A stretch of 38,214 nucleotides of DNA from Folioceros fuciformis (Eukaryota): assembly GCA_049999805.1 (NCBI GenBank), contig JBNGIO010005464.1, positions 1 through 38,214 of the forward strand, in the 5' to 3' direction. Within the stretch, counting starts at the first letter, position 1. Every line of letters begins with the position of its first letter. Shown in pieces: positions 16,844-28,276 of the stretch. Position numbers and translations under genes: made by a program. The notes below the pieces were generated by a model that had not been told where the DNA came from, searched no databases, and saw nothing but the letters and a program-made list of their open reading frames with translations.

Positions 16844-19800
16844 NNNNNNNNNNNNNNNNNNNNNNNNNNNNNNNNNNNNNNNNNNNNNNNNNNNNNNNNN
16901 NNNNNNNNNNNNNNNNNNNNNNNNNNNNNNNNNNNNNNNNNNNNNNNNNNNNNNNNNNNNNNNNNNNNNNNNNNNNNNNNNNNNNNNNNNNNNNNNNNNN
17001 NNNNNNNNNNNNNNNNNNNNNNNNNNNNNNNNNNNNNNNNNNNNNNNNNNNNNNNNNNNNNNNNNNNNNNNNNNNNNNNNNNNNNNNNNNNNNNNNNNNN
17101 NNNNNNNNNNNNNNNNNNNNNNNNNNNNNNNNNNNNNNNNNNNNNNNNNNNNNNNNNNNNNNNNNNNNNNNNNNNNNNNNNNNNNNNNNNNNNNNNNNNN
17201 NNNNNNNNNNNNNNNNNNNNNNNNNNNNNNNNNNNNNNNNNNNATCCTATAGACCGGGCCCGAGGCCATCGCAACTTGCGATGGCCCCAACCTCGCTGGC
17301 CTCGCGCTTGGTCTGTTGCGCTCATTCTCCTTCATACAGCCCTGTGTAACGGCCCTCTGGCTATCGCAATCACCAAAGGTCTCAAGCAATCAAGCTCTAG
17401 CCCTCCCCTCCCTCCTACAGCATTTACATCTGAGGCAAGGTCAAGGCATCAAGCCTAGAGCTCGTTTGCCGACTAATCATGAAATAGATCCACTAAGTTC
17501 AATTGCCCATTTTGCTCACCACAGCTTATGGTTTCACACCATTTGCAATGCAAGCGGTTTACACCATTCACAGTACAAGCGGTAGTTCACATTATTCCCC
17601 TCAGTGCGTCTCACTCATGTCTCACAGTGTTCTGCGTAGCGCATCTCACTCATAACTCATACATGCTACCATCCTATCCCTAACAACCTACACACACTTC
17701 TACCAATGCAACTCAACGAGCCCACTTGCAGCCTACACTCACTTTGAATTTTTGTGGTTATCGTGAATCATTTAGTGATCCTTTGTTGTAGCTAGCAGAA
17801 CTTAAGCTCGATAGCTGAGGCCCCTTCCTGGATGTAATGTGCTAGATGCACACGGGTTGAGGACCATTGAAGTAGGTATCTTACTTGATTCACAGGGCTG
17901 AGGGCCATTCTGGTGTGTTAGAAGAATGCATCACTTGATCATGAGGAATTTGTAGGCAGTGGTAGAAAAGAAACCAAGCAAAGCTTAGTTTCTTAAACAG
18001 CTTTCTAATAAGGAGCACGGCTTCGCTTGGTTTCTGAAGTAGCAATTAGGGTTTTCTTGTTCATTGTGTCTGAAAGACGTGGCCATGGCTTAGGCTCGAT
18101 CCAAAACGTAGTTACAATTGAGGTAGTGATCGCTGCAATGTATAATGGCGAAGCCTGGCGGCTCTGCGGCCTTATGTGTGGATTGAAGGAACCCCGAAAG
18201 AACCCTAAATGAGCAAACCCTAACCCATGGAATGAATGGTGAATAATGGATGAATGTAAAATGAGAATTGTTTCTTAGAAAAAACTCTAAAGAGATGTGA
18301 GTGTCTGATGTGGGAAAGTCCCTTTTGGGACGATGTCCAAATTGGACAATCGCAAAAACCATCTTGGGGGATATTCCCTTAGATACCCGAGGTGAAAACC
18401 ATAAAATAGTGCACCTTCCCCTCTATCCGATTTGGTATGCCATAACATCACATGTTTGGTTTCTTAACAAGAAAGACACCCATTTTACAACCTTCAATGT
18501 AGTGTGTGGAGAAGGGGGCTTCAACATTGTGAGTTTCTCTTAGAATGGCCAACTACTCACTTTCAAGAAGATACCCTCTCTTTTCCTCCTTTCTATCCAA
18601 GGGGCGGCCTATCTTTGTACTTCCCACTAAGAAGTAGTACAAGCATGTAGTGCAAACTATCTACATGAACTCTACTTTACCCTAATCCTCTCATGCCATT
18701 ATTCCCTCTTAATTAGGGACGTGAGTAGTCTCCCAGCTTTTGGCTAGGCCTTGTACCTAGAAGGTTCAAATAACACTAGTTTCTTTTTCTACAAGGATGA
18801 GATTCTGTTTGGCACGGTCTAAGTATTTAGTTTTTTCCCTCCTAGCCTATTTGTTTTTGTAAACATACAAATGATTATGCAAAATGTTCAACAAGTTCAT
18901 AAGCACCAAGCGCGCTAGTTGTTGTTATCACTAAAAACAAAAAGGTAGCCCTAATTTACTCATAACCCTGAGCCATATAGCCAATGCAAGAAATAATTAA
19001 TGCCCAGTCGTCCTTGTATTAGATTCAAGCGCCCATGAGGACCTTGCTACTGACCTCGTTTTTGTCATGAGAGGTGTTGTTTTCAGGCTTCACTTTGGCT
19101 GCTGACCACTCTCCTTCTCCAATCACTCCACCTACTCATCCCACTACTTGCACCAGCCCTAGGGGGTTCTTGACACCTCATTGTCTAAGTGTGGGACTGA
19201 CCAACTATCCCATAGGAATTTTTGGGTATACTAGCGCTTACTAATTTTACTGACCTATTGATCAGATAGGTTGTTTGCAAGTCTACCATCTTACATCCTC
19301 AAATTCCAATAAGAGGTTAGCTCTTGCAACTCTCCACTAATGTTATGCTTGGGAGTTGAGGTAGTAAGAAAGGTAGACCATTCATCCATCCGTTCCAGAG
19401 AAAGAGAGGAAAATCCGTCACTTCATGGGAACGAAACCCAGTGTCTCAATGATAGTGGGATAAGTGTGGTCACTAGAGGTAGCCCAAGGCCTCTGTCATG
19501 GCATGGTGAGGGCCACGTGTTTTGCATGTGAGTACCCCAGCCAAGACGGATTAAAATAGCGAGTCATACAATCAACGGGACCAAATTTTGTGGTAGGTGG
19601 AGTTAGTGTAAGGCGGTGCTTCGTTTATAAGGGTGTGTAGAGGCCTAGCCTAGATGGATTTGGCTAATGTTCACTAATGATAGTGGCCAAACGGGAATCC
19701 CAAAGAATGTGCAGCGGGGTGACTGAATCGATCAAAAGCGCAAATGAAGTAACAGAGGTTGTTCACATCAGCCAAATTTGCTCCTAGCAGAAAGGCTACA

Positions 19801-19849
19801 CAACGAGTGCGGAGCGGGTGTCTGGAAGAGTACAAAGCTTGTGGGCAAA

Positions 19850-22800
19850 CAAGCATAGATAAGCAAGAGAGGAACTGATGGTGAAGACTTCGCAGTCATT
19901 CGATGGAAGCTGGGACATTCAAGAGTTGGCAATCCTATTGGAAATCGAACGAGAGGAATTGTGGAAAAGGTTGTGAATTGAATTCATTGACCTGTTGATG
20001 TGGTTGGCAGATTGGACGCAAGGAGGGAGCAACTTGGACTTCGACCACATGCCATATATCGTGTCCCATCGAGGAAGGGGATGGCGCAATGGTGATGCTT
20101 TGATCCGGTTGGATGAACAAAAGCACGCCTGCCCAAGGGAGCTAGGAGCTGGTGACTGCCCATCCTTTGGTACACAAGAGTAGGGGACAATTTGAGTGGA
20201 GTTGCAGCCCTATGAGGGCACTAGACTTCGAGGAGCCATGCCAAATGGAGCACGAGATAGTTCCTAGCAAGAATGATGTCTTCACTGGGCACCATGGGAG
20301 CATGTCTCTTGTTGACTTCAAAGAGAAATTTAGGTGATCACTAGACGAGACGATGCCTAGGTCCAAATCAGAGTTCACTCCAGAGATGGCTCTACTGGAA
20401 AATAAGCACCTTCCCGATAGGAGAAGTGCTCACGTGCTATTGAGACTCTAAAGAGAAAATCCTGGCGGACACATGTTTGGTGGCTAAAGGCAGGCAAAGC
20501 AAAGGGTTGATCAAAGGAGATGATGACGAGACCGGGTCTTTTGAGTTGGCTGATGTGATGACCAGTTTGGTGGATGAAATGCTTAGGAGGTTTGCTAAAA
20601 TGTTTCCCGTCTCGTTCATTGAGAAAAATACAGGAGCTTGCCAAGTTCTCAATCATGCCCAATAAGCCGCTGCGGTTTGCATACTTGAGACTACAGCAGC
20701 TGGTTAAGGACACGAGGGTCAAGACCACGAGAGAGGCGGCATAAATTTATGTTGCAACATTGTTAAGATGACATCGGAGAGTGATCCCCAACTTTCTACA
20801 CATGCTTCAAGGAGTGGGTTACGAGCTTGAACATGCATATGAGATGGTGGAGCAATCATGAAAGGTGTTGTTGTGACCTATGCGTACTGGGAGGAGCATC
20901 ATATAGGATGGGCGCACACTAACATGGCTGGGCTGCCTAAAACAGGAAGCAGGGGAGTGTACCAAGAGCAACACCCTAGTGGAGGGTAGCGGAAACAAAC
21001 TCCACCAAGGAGAGAGTAGCTAGTAGTGTAGCAATGGTGAAGGTGGCGACTAAGTGCTTGAGATGCAAAAGGGCACACAAGACGGGTGATTGCAAGTATC
21101 GGAATGGGGGGCCGAAGGAGAAGAAAACATGCAGGGCATGTAGAAAAACGGGACATTGAAGTTGCATGCTAGCAAGCTCACCCAGAACGTAGACCAAAAG
21201 GGAATGGTGCAAACCTATGGGGGGCTACACACGCAAAGCACTATTGAGTGAGGTCCATAAACTTCAGGAGCAGTTGGCTATGAGTGTGAGCATGAATGCA
21301 CCCAACAAAATGATTGAGGAAGAATCTGATGATAAAGGGAATATGCATGCCTGGTGGCCGACAAAGTGTCTGAGCAATGGCATGTGGATGAAGACTTTGG
21401 AAAGGGAGTGAGAAGAAAATTAGAGGAACCTTGCCCAACAGCCAGCATGTCGAGATCCTTCAAACTAGTGGAGGACATTGAGTTAGGCTCACCCGTGAAG
21501 AGCAGGGTAGGGAAAGATGAAAAGGCATTGGTCGAGATGATGAACACACTGATAATGAGCCTACAAGACCTTGGGGTCAAGACCCATTCACTCAAATGGG
21601 TGGTGCAAAGGTGGAAAGTGAGGGAAGATGACACCACATCTATGAGTGGGCTAACCAGTTTGTGTGGAGAGCATCTTAAGCTCGAGAACAGGGGCAAGGG
21701 CAGAATAGCCATGGTGAAGAATGAAGATCGACATGTGATGTTCAACAGCTTTGCACCAAAGCGGGTGTTGGTGGATACAGGTGCCGATCCAGTCCTGTTG
21801 GGAGCTAGGTACAGACAGTGCTGAAGCTATATGGTGATCGATTGAAGCCAAGTGACGTCAAGATAGCGACATCCGCAAGAACCAAGCAATAGGTTTTGGG
21901 GATAATAAAGGATCCGATTGACATAGAACTCAAACCAGGAACATCAAAGGCTTGCATCGTGAAGGTGCAATGTCTAGTGTTGGATGCAGAGAATTATGAT
22001 GTCTTGCTTGGGGCAGATCCCATGCATAAACCAGCAATGGGGGTCGATCCCCTGCACACAGAGGCATTTTATCGACCGGGTTGGCAAACCGGTGATTTCA
22101 GTCATGTAGTAAGGACTCCTCTGGATATGAAAAGGCATGGAGGACAATCAGGAAGCATGCTCACACTATGGACAAATGTAACTCAAATTGTGCACAAATG
22201 TGTGTTGTGCGAAGAAACACAAGAACTAATGAATGACAGGTCAGTCGATATAAATGAAAATGCATTTGGTATGGTCATACGAAGCAGTGTGGGACTTGAT
22301 TAGGCATTGGAGACAGAACGACAAAGACTACAAAGGCAAAGGCCTTGGGTGCCTTCGAGCACGTGCCCAGAGAGCAGCTTACCAAGAGGAATGACGATTG
22401 TCGAGAGTGAGTTCCGCATCGACAATTAAATAATATCCTGGAAACCGAGCAGCCAAGGAATTCACATCTTAGAGTTGTGTTCAGGAATCAGTAGTGGGTT
22501 GGAGGCAGTGTTGAGATGCAGGATATGAATGCGAAAATATACGTGTGTAGAGATAGATCAAAGAACCAGTGAAGTAGAAAAGGCAAGGATTTTGTGGATG
22601 CAAAAGCTTTTCCCTGAACAACTGAACATGGAGGCCATGAGGGGATGTGAGAGTAGGCTGAATGTGGATATCAAGATGGTGGGGAAGCGACAACTGGAAG
22701 CAATGGGTTGCACCGTGGACATGGTCATAGTGGATGGGAGTGCCAAACGTTCTCCAAGGCCGGATGAGGCCTGGGAGACGGGTTGTTGCAAGCCTATGGT

Positions 22801-23254
22801 TCTCATACTCGAGGAGGTTCAGCGATAGAATCCAAGATGCTGGTATGTATTGGAGAACGTTTGTGGAGCATTCGACAAGAGAAGGCATGTAAGGGCCGAA
22901 TATGAATGAGAGAGACAGTGGCTAGGGGATGAGTTCATCATGGATGTTGTCCAAGCAAGCTCGTATGCACATCAATTATGCAGTTTTTTGACAAATGCTG
23001 TAGATGTTTCTGTGTTGCAAGAGCATCGAAGCACTACAGTGCCTCCGGTATAATATGTTGATCACATACTAGAAGAGGGCCGGAAGGTAAAACCAGTCAA
23101 AAGAGATGACAGGCTACCAGATTTCCCAGTCAACTTGGTGGGTGGCGCGAGAAGAGCATGGCCCACACTTGTTAGCAAATCATGGTCGTATGCTTTCAAG
23201 AATGGAGGAGCTGGTATGCTCTTGGATAGAAAGGGGAAGAAGTGGGCAAACCAA
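19850..23254 (+). mobile_element. Ty3/gypsy-type retrotransposon A (gag with two CCHC knuckles, protease, DNMT), degenerate and truncated by the element B LTR
   Basis: Knuckles CLRCKRAHKTGDC and CRACRKTGH at ~21055-21170; protease RVLVDTGADPVLLG (~21760-21805) then LKPGT...NYDVLLG...YRPGW; DNMT motifs follow. The 5' boundary is a guess and no LTR was identified. Confidence 0.8.
22439..23254 (+). pseudogene. Retrotransposon-encoded C5 cytosine DNA methyltransferase domain (degenerate, C-terminally truncated)
   Basis: Motif I ILELCSGISSGLEAVL (22466-22513); motif II-like YTCVEID; motif IV VDMVI/GWECQTFSKAG (22732-22764, local frameshift); motif VI YVLENV (ENV 22853-22861); motif VIII DVVQASSYAHQLCSFLTN (22943-22996); then PVN...WPTLVS...AF. 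Same frame as the protease ORF 21896-22303. Confidence 0.85.
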
Positions 23255-23782
23255 TGTCATGTGAGGCACACAGCAGACAGTCAAGCTGGTGATAAGTGTG
23301 GCAACCTCCAACCAGGAGCATCAGTTGAATAACACAGCACGTACCAAGGAAAGTGGTAAGAAGGTTAGCATCACGCAAGGTGCTGAGCACTGGGATAATG
23401 TGGAACCCCCATCCACACTCTCGGTGTGAGCCCACGGGTTTCAGCAAGGCAGCTGTAAGCATGCCCTAATCCACCTTCTCTAGTTCTTGGTGTTTACTAA
23501 TTACTGTTTAGCGTTTGCTAATTGCCAACATTCAAATGGCATTATCCTAAACTAATCCTTATTTAAAGGATAATTGTTTCATGCTGCTTACTCAACCTTA
23601 AGCTCACCTTTGGTATCGTGACAGCTGTCGTGCGAGGCACAGAGCAGATGGTCTAGCTAGTGATAAGTGTGGCAACCTCTAGCCAGGAGAATCAGCTGAA
23701 TAACACAGCACATACCAAAGAAAGTGGTAAGAAGGTTAGCATCATGCAAGGTGCTGAGCACTGGGAAAATGTGGAGGCCCCA
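23255..23782 (-). repeat. 3' LTR region of element B, containing two 157-bp direct repeats (23255-23411 and 23626-23782)
   Basis: Both copies start TGTC and end CCCCA on +; the right copy abuts the polypurine tract. Confidence 0.75.
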
Positions 23783-23798
23783 TCCCCCCCCCCCCCCC
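23783..23798 (-). promoter_or_regulatory. Polypurine tract of element B
   Basis: Run of 15 G plus A on the minus strand immediately before TG, about 60 nt after the pol stop. Confidence 0.75.
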
Positions 23799-23877
23799 AG
23801 CTAATGAGAATGGCTGGCAAAAAGAAAGGGCTCGTCCACGTCGGGTACCCATGCCCTCAGCTAGCTGTAAGAACAAC

Positions 23878-24012
23878 ACACTGGGGGCAATACCATAACT
23901 GTTCAGGTACCTCAGTCAGCGGCGGATCCAAGCAAAACAAATGGAATCTGCCATTGCATCCATCACAGAGCAGCATGAGCCCTAAATCATCTACCCTACG
24001 ACACACCTGGCA
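23878..24012 (-). other. PHD finger (C4HC3) at the integrase C-terminus
   Basis: CQVCRRVDDLGLMLLCDGCNGRFHLFCLDPPLTEVPEQLWYCPQC; all eight zinc ligands present. Confidence 0.92.
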
Positions 24013-26009
24013 AGGGTAATCCTCCGAAGGAACCCAATTGGCTGTGACAATGGTGGGGTCCAAGTTGGGTAGGTGGCAGGGGGCACAATTCTTGGTGTGA
24101 TATGTAATAGTCCTGCCATCTGCCCCCTGTAGCAGCAGCACGCTGTTAGGTCTCACTTCCCTGATCCGCAGCATATGGCGACTAGTGTTGGTGTCTAGTG
24201 TATCACCAGTCTATCGCTGCAAATACACAAAGTCCCCAAATTGGAACTTCTTGAGTTTAAGCCTGAAACTTCCGCTCCTAGTATAGGCATACCTAAGAGT
24301 GTCCCTGTGCTGTGCGATGTGCAAATTTGCCATAGCTATGGGCATGACCTGCCTAAACATCGTAGCCCTCTCCCCAATGACTTTGGCCCATACAGCCGGA
24401 CTATCTAAGTCCACCACCTGCTGCAGTTGCTTGGCGATGGAGCTAGGTGGCATTGGCTCACGGCCAAAAAGTAAGTAATACGGTGAGAAGTGTGCCAAAG
24501 AGGCATGCTTACTCATCCGGTATCCCATTGTGATGTAGGGCAAGGCGAGATCCCACTCGGTCTAAGGCATCTGCAGACAGAGCTTCCTCAAGCCCTTCTT
24601 GAGTGTCTGGACTATTTGCTCTGCAAGACCATTAGCCTAGGGATGGTCTCTACTTGTCCTACGATGATCTATTAACGCTGCGTCCAATAGATCTTGGAAT
24701 TCACCCTGAATTCTGACCCCTGGTCAATTAAACATTCTGCACAGCTATCGAAATGGCTGAGTACATTCTGCAAGAATGCTTGAGAGGTGCTCCTAGACAT
24801 CTTGTCAGGCAGCACGACAGCCTCCACCCACTTGGAGAAATGCTCCATCATGACAAGCACGTACACATTCCCACGTGTAGTGCGTTGCAGCTCCCCAATC
24901 AGGTCAATCAGGTCACATGACCATCTGAAAAAGAGGCCCATGATAGGCAAAGGATGTAGCTCCGGGTGCTGGATGGTGAAGGAAGTCTTCACCCTGTCAC
25001 ATGGCTCGCAGCAGGCAACCCAGTCACGCACCTGACCATGCATCCCATGCCAATAAAACTAAGGGGATAGCAGGCTGTAAGTGTGTTTGACGCCAAAATG
25101 ACCCATATCATCGTGCACCTTACGAATTAGTGCAGCTCTGTCAGCTGGTGGCGGCACCAAGCGTTCAACTCCATGTGCCAGCTTCCTAATAACATAACCA
25201 TCCTGCCAATAATATGTGGCAACACGATGCTTGACCTGTTCAGCTATGGTTGGTGGCAACGTTGCATCCAGCTGTCCTATTTGTGGATACTGTAGTGTGT
25301 AAGGATCCTCCCAAATGTCCTTAGCCAGTCGGGTGGGTACAGCTATGCTGCCACTATCGACACACACCACGGCCACCAGAGCAGCGACCTTAAATGGTTC
25401 ATAAGGCTCATAATCCTGCCTTGCCTCGGTGATGTCCTGATAGCTGCTGTCTGGATTCTTGAAGAGAGTGTCTGCATTCTGATGCTTCAGACCTAGTCTG
25501 TGAACCACCTCGAAATCATAATCCTGAAGAATCATGGCCCATTGAGCTAGCTTGCCGCTGAGCTTTGTGTTGGCTATGAGCCACTTGAGGAACTGGTGGT
25601 CTGTCACCAGCGTGAATGCCTGTCCATAGAGATAAGGTTGGAAGTGGCAAACTGCCCAAACAGCGGCGAGGCGTTCACCTTCATAACTACTGTAATTGGC
25701 CTTCACCTTGTTGTTGCTACGGGACGTATAGGCTATCACTCTCTCATTCCCTTCTTCATCATGCTGAGCCAAAACTGCCCTAAGGCCCAAGCTGCTCCAC
25801 TCTATGTGTAGCACAAATGGCTGCTTGAAATCAGGTCTAGCCATCATAGGTGCAGAAGTCAACTTGGATTTCAGGGTATCAAACGCCTCCTCCATCACCT
25901 CAATCCAAGTCCATACCACGTCCTTTCTGAGCAGGTCATTGAGAGGCTTGGCAATACGGCTGAAAGTCTGGATATATATCCTATAATAATTGCAAAGGCC
26001 AAGGAATGC

Positions 26010-26190
26010 TGCGGAGCTCCTGTAAGCGATGAGCAGCTATCTGCCGTGCTTCCCCGCTGCTGTCATAGTATACCTAACGCCTGATAGGGAGGCCTGCCTT
26101 AAGCAAAGCCTCTAGGCTTGTACAAATGCCGCCAAACAGCTCCACGAGAAAAAGGCCGGTGGCTGGGATAGGCCAATCAATCACCTGAGA
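26010..26190 (-). pseudogene. N-terminal fragment of a C5 DNA methyltransferase domain in element B
   Basis: IDWPIPATGLFLVELFGGICTSLEALLKAGLPIRR*VYYDSSGEARQIAAHRLQELR (VELFGG at 26128-26145); in frame with the protease ORF 26512-27279. Confidence 0.8.
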
Positions 26191-28276
26191 CTTGACAACA
26201 TGCTCTTGCATGGGATCCTTGAGTCCTCGCTGCAACAGAGCTTGCACCTACTGGACATGCTTGGAATCATCCTGCAGCACTCCCTCAACCTGTGTGGGAT
26301 GGTCAGCGGCCTTGATCAGATCTATCAATCTGCATGTGGCTGTGGTGTTGTTGGAGTAGTTGTCACAATGCTCCTCCTCTTGCTCTCACTCTAGGTGGTC
26401 CTCATCCTGCAAATGGTTGTTGGGCAAGGGTGTTCCCTTACTGACCAGGACTGCTATACAGGCTTGTTGCTCTACAAGTGTAGCTGTGTCAGCCTCTGAC
26501 ATGTCATGCAACTAAAGGGGTAAGTGTGCCACCCTTCTCCTTCCTTGCTTCCAATCTGGACAGTAATACGCCTGCTCTGTCCAGTTGTCCACACTTAAAC
26601 CTGGTGGAAACAAAAATTCTTGCCCTAACAGCACGTCATAGTTTGTGGTTGTTGTCACTAGGCATGGAAGACTCTGCGTCATGGCATCTGGAGTGCCTGG
26701 CTTGAGTGTGATATCCACAGGCTTGACAGTCGCTCCGGCGACTGGCTCAATGGCTCCTGACGCTGTCCTTATGTTCCAAGGAGAGCTCTTAAGAGTTGAA
26801 CCATCAAGGTTGAGCCTGGCAGCTAATGTCTTGCCAATGATCACTAGTTTAGCACCAATGTCGAGCAATACAACCCTTGTGGCATACCCATTCACCGTAA
26901 TATGCCCCGCATCATTGTCAACTAGTGCATTGCCGACTTTGACTACTAGGCGGTTGGTGGGTTGGATCCTAGGAGAGCTAATGGGTTGAGGAGGCTGCCT
27001 TCCAGCTGCTGCAACTTCAAAAATGCTTCCAGCTACTGTCTCCTTGGCGCAAGGTGAGATGCTACCAGGTACCACCCACCCATTTGGAGCTAGTGGCCAA
27101 CATGACCCTCCTGAAGACAATATAGTTGCTTGCGCTGGTTGCAATTCCTTGGGCAGATGCTCGTGTCCTAGCCCCATGTCTTGCAAAGAAAATAGAGGAA
27201 TGCCAGTCAGTTTCTCAAATAATTGTTCCACATTGAAGGCCCTGGGCATCAAGTAGACTGGCCCACTGGCTGACACCAATGGTTGCGGCGGAGGCCTGTC
27301 TACTGTCTATGGCCCTCCTGCCAATGTGGAATGCTCTTGCCCTCAAACTGGGATTGCACTTCTTGGTGACAATGGTGCAAAAGATTGGGGCATGATCGCC
27401 CTCACTCCTTGTTGCCCGAGTGACTGGCCCTGCTGTTGTCTCCAACACTGGTGGGTATAAATGTTGCCCTACCCACGTCTGTGGCGACTCAGTAGTTGTC
27501 ATCTCAGCCTCCATCCAGTTGGCGACACACACTTGATGTGGTGAGCCGTAATCCTCCTCCTTGTCTCTGACCAGTTCAACAACAGTGGTTGGTTTGGGTG
27601 AGGTTGCGCCACTACTAAGACTGGCTGTAATCGCGCCCAATTGTGAAGATAACGTTGCAACAATGGCTTCTAGGGTAGATACCTTCTCTGCATTGGATGC
27701 AGCCTTAGCTTTGGCCTTGTCCCTTTGTTGTCGGCTGCGTGAGACCCCAACACTAATACTAGCTTCTGTGGTAGTTGTACCTCCAGCATTGACTGCTGTA
27801 GTCCTTGTCCCACTGCTTGCATTTTTCTGAGATCTTCTCTTTGCATGCTTCTGAAAACATATTGTGACCACATGTCCATTCTTGTGACAATGTGTACAGC
27901 ACAAGCCTTCCGGTGGGCATTTGCAAGCTGGGCTCAAATGCTCAGAACTACCACAGTAGTTGCACAAAGAAGCAACTATAGCTGCGGCTGCTCCAGCCTT
28001 GACAGGCTTGGCTTGCTGTGACTTGGCCCATGAACCTGTTGCAGTAGACCCCTTTGTGGAGAACATAGACTGGTAATGAGTAAATGCCTTGGAGTGTTGT
28101 GAAGCATATGCAGAGAAAGCGATCTCCTTGTGTTCATCTTCTTCATGTACTTACTCCAAGGTATACCTATCACCATATTTATCCACCAACGCTGTGATGA
28201 GCTGAAAGTGAAAGAGTGGGTCTTCTTCCAAGGTTGTTAGGAATTTCTCCGCTGCTTCCTAGTTCGTTAGCATTCC

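Larger units (their letters stand above)
23255..28276 (-). mobile_element. Ty3/gypsy retrotransposon B: gag (2x CCHC), protease, DNMT N-terminus, internal deletion, RT thumb/RNase H, integrase, PHD, PPT, LTR
   Basis: CNYCGSSEHLSPAC and CTHCHKNGHVVTIC; VLLDIGAK...NYDVLLG; AFLGLCNYYR; RNase H ORF 25059-25919; integrase HDDMGHFG..CEPC, WSCDL, DQGSEF; gag interrupted at ~28277 by a copia LTR. Confidence 0.92.

Noticed and set aside
16499-17458. Long proline-rich ORFs
   Set aside because: Produced by a low-complexity minisatellite plus a 400-N gap.
17244-19850. 5' LTR and PBS of element A
   Set aside because: No convincing TG...CA boundaries or tRNA-complementary site found.
22439-23254. Host DNMT gene (MET1/CMT/DRM)
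   Set aside because: No introns and no BAH, chromo or UBA domains; it is in frame with a retroviral-type protease and mirrored in a second retroelement.
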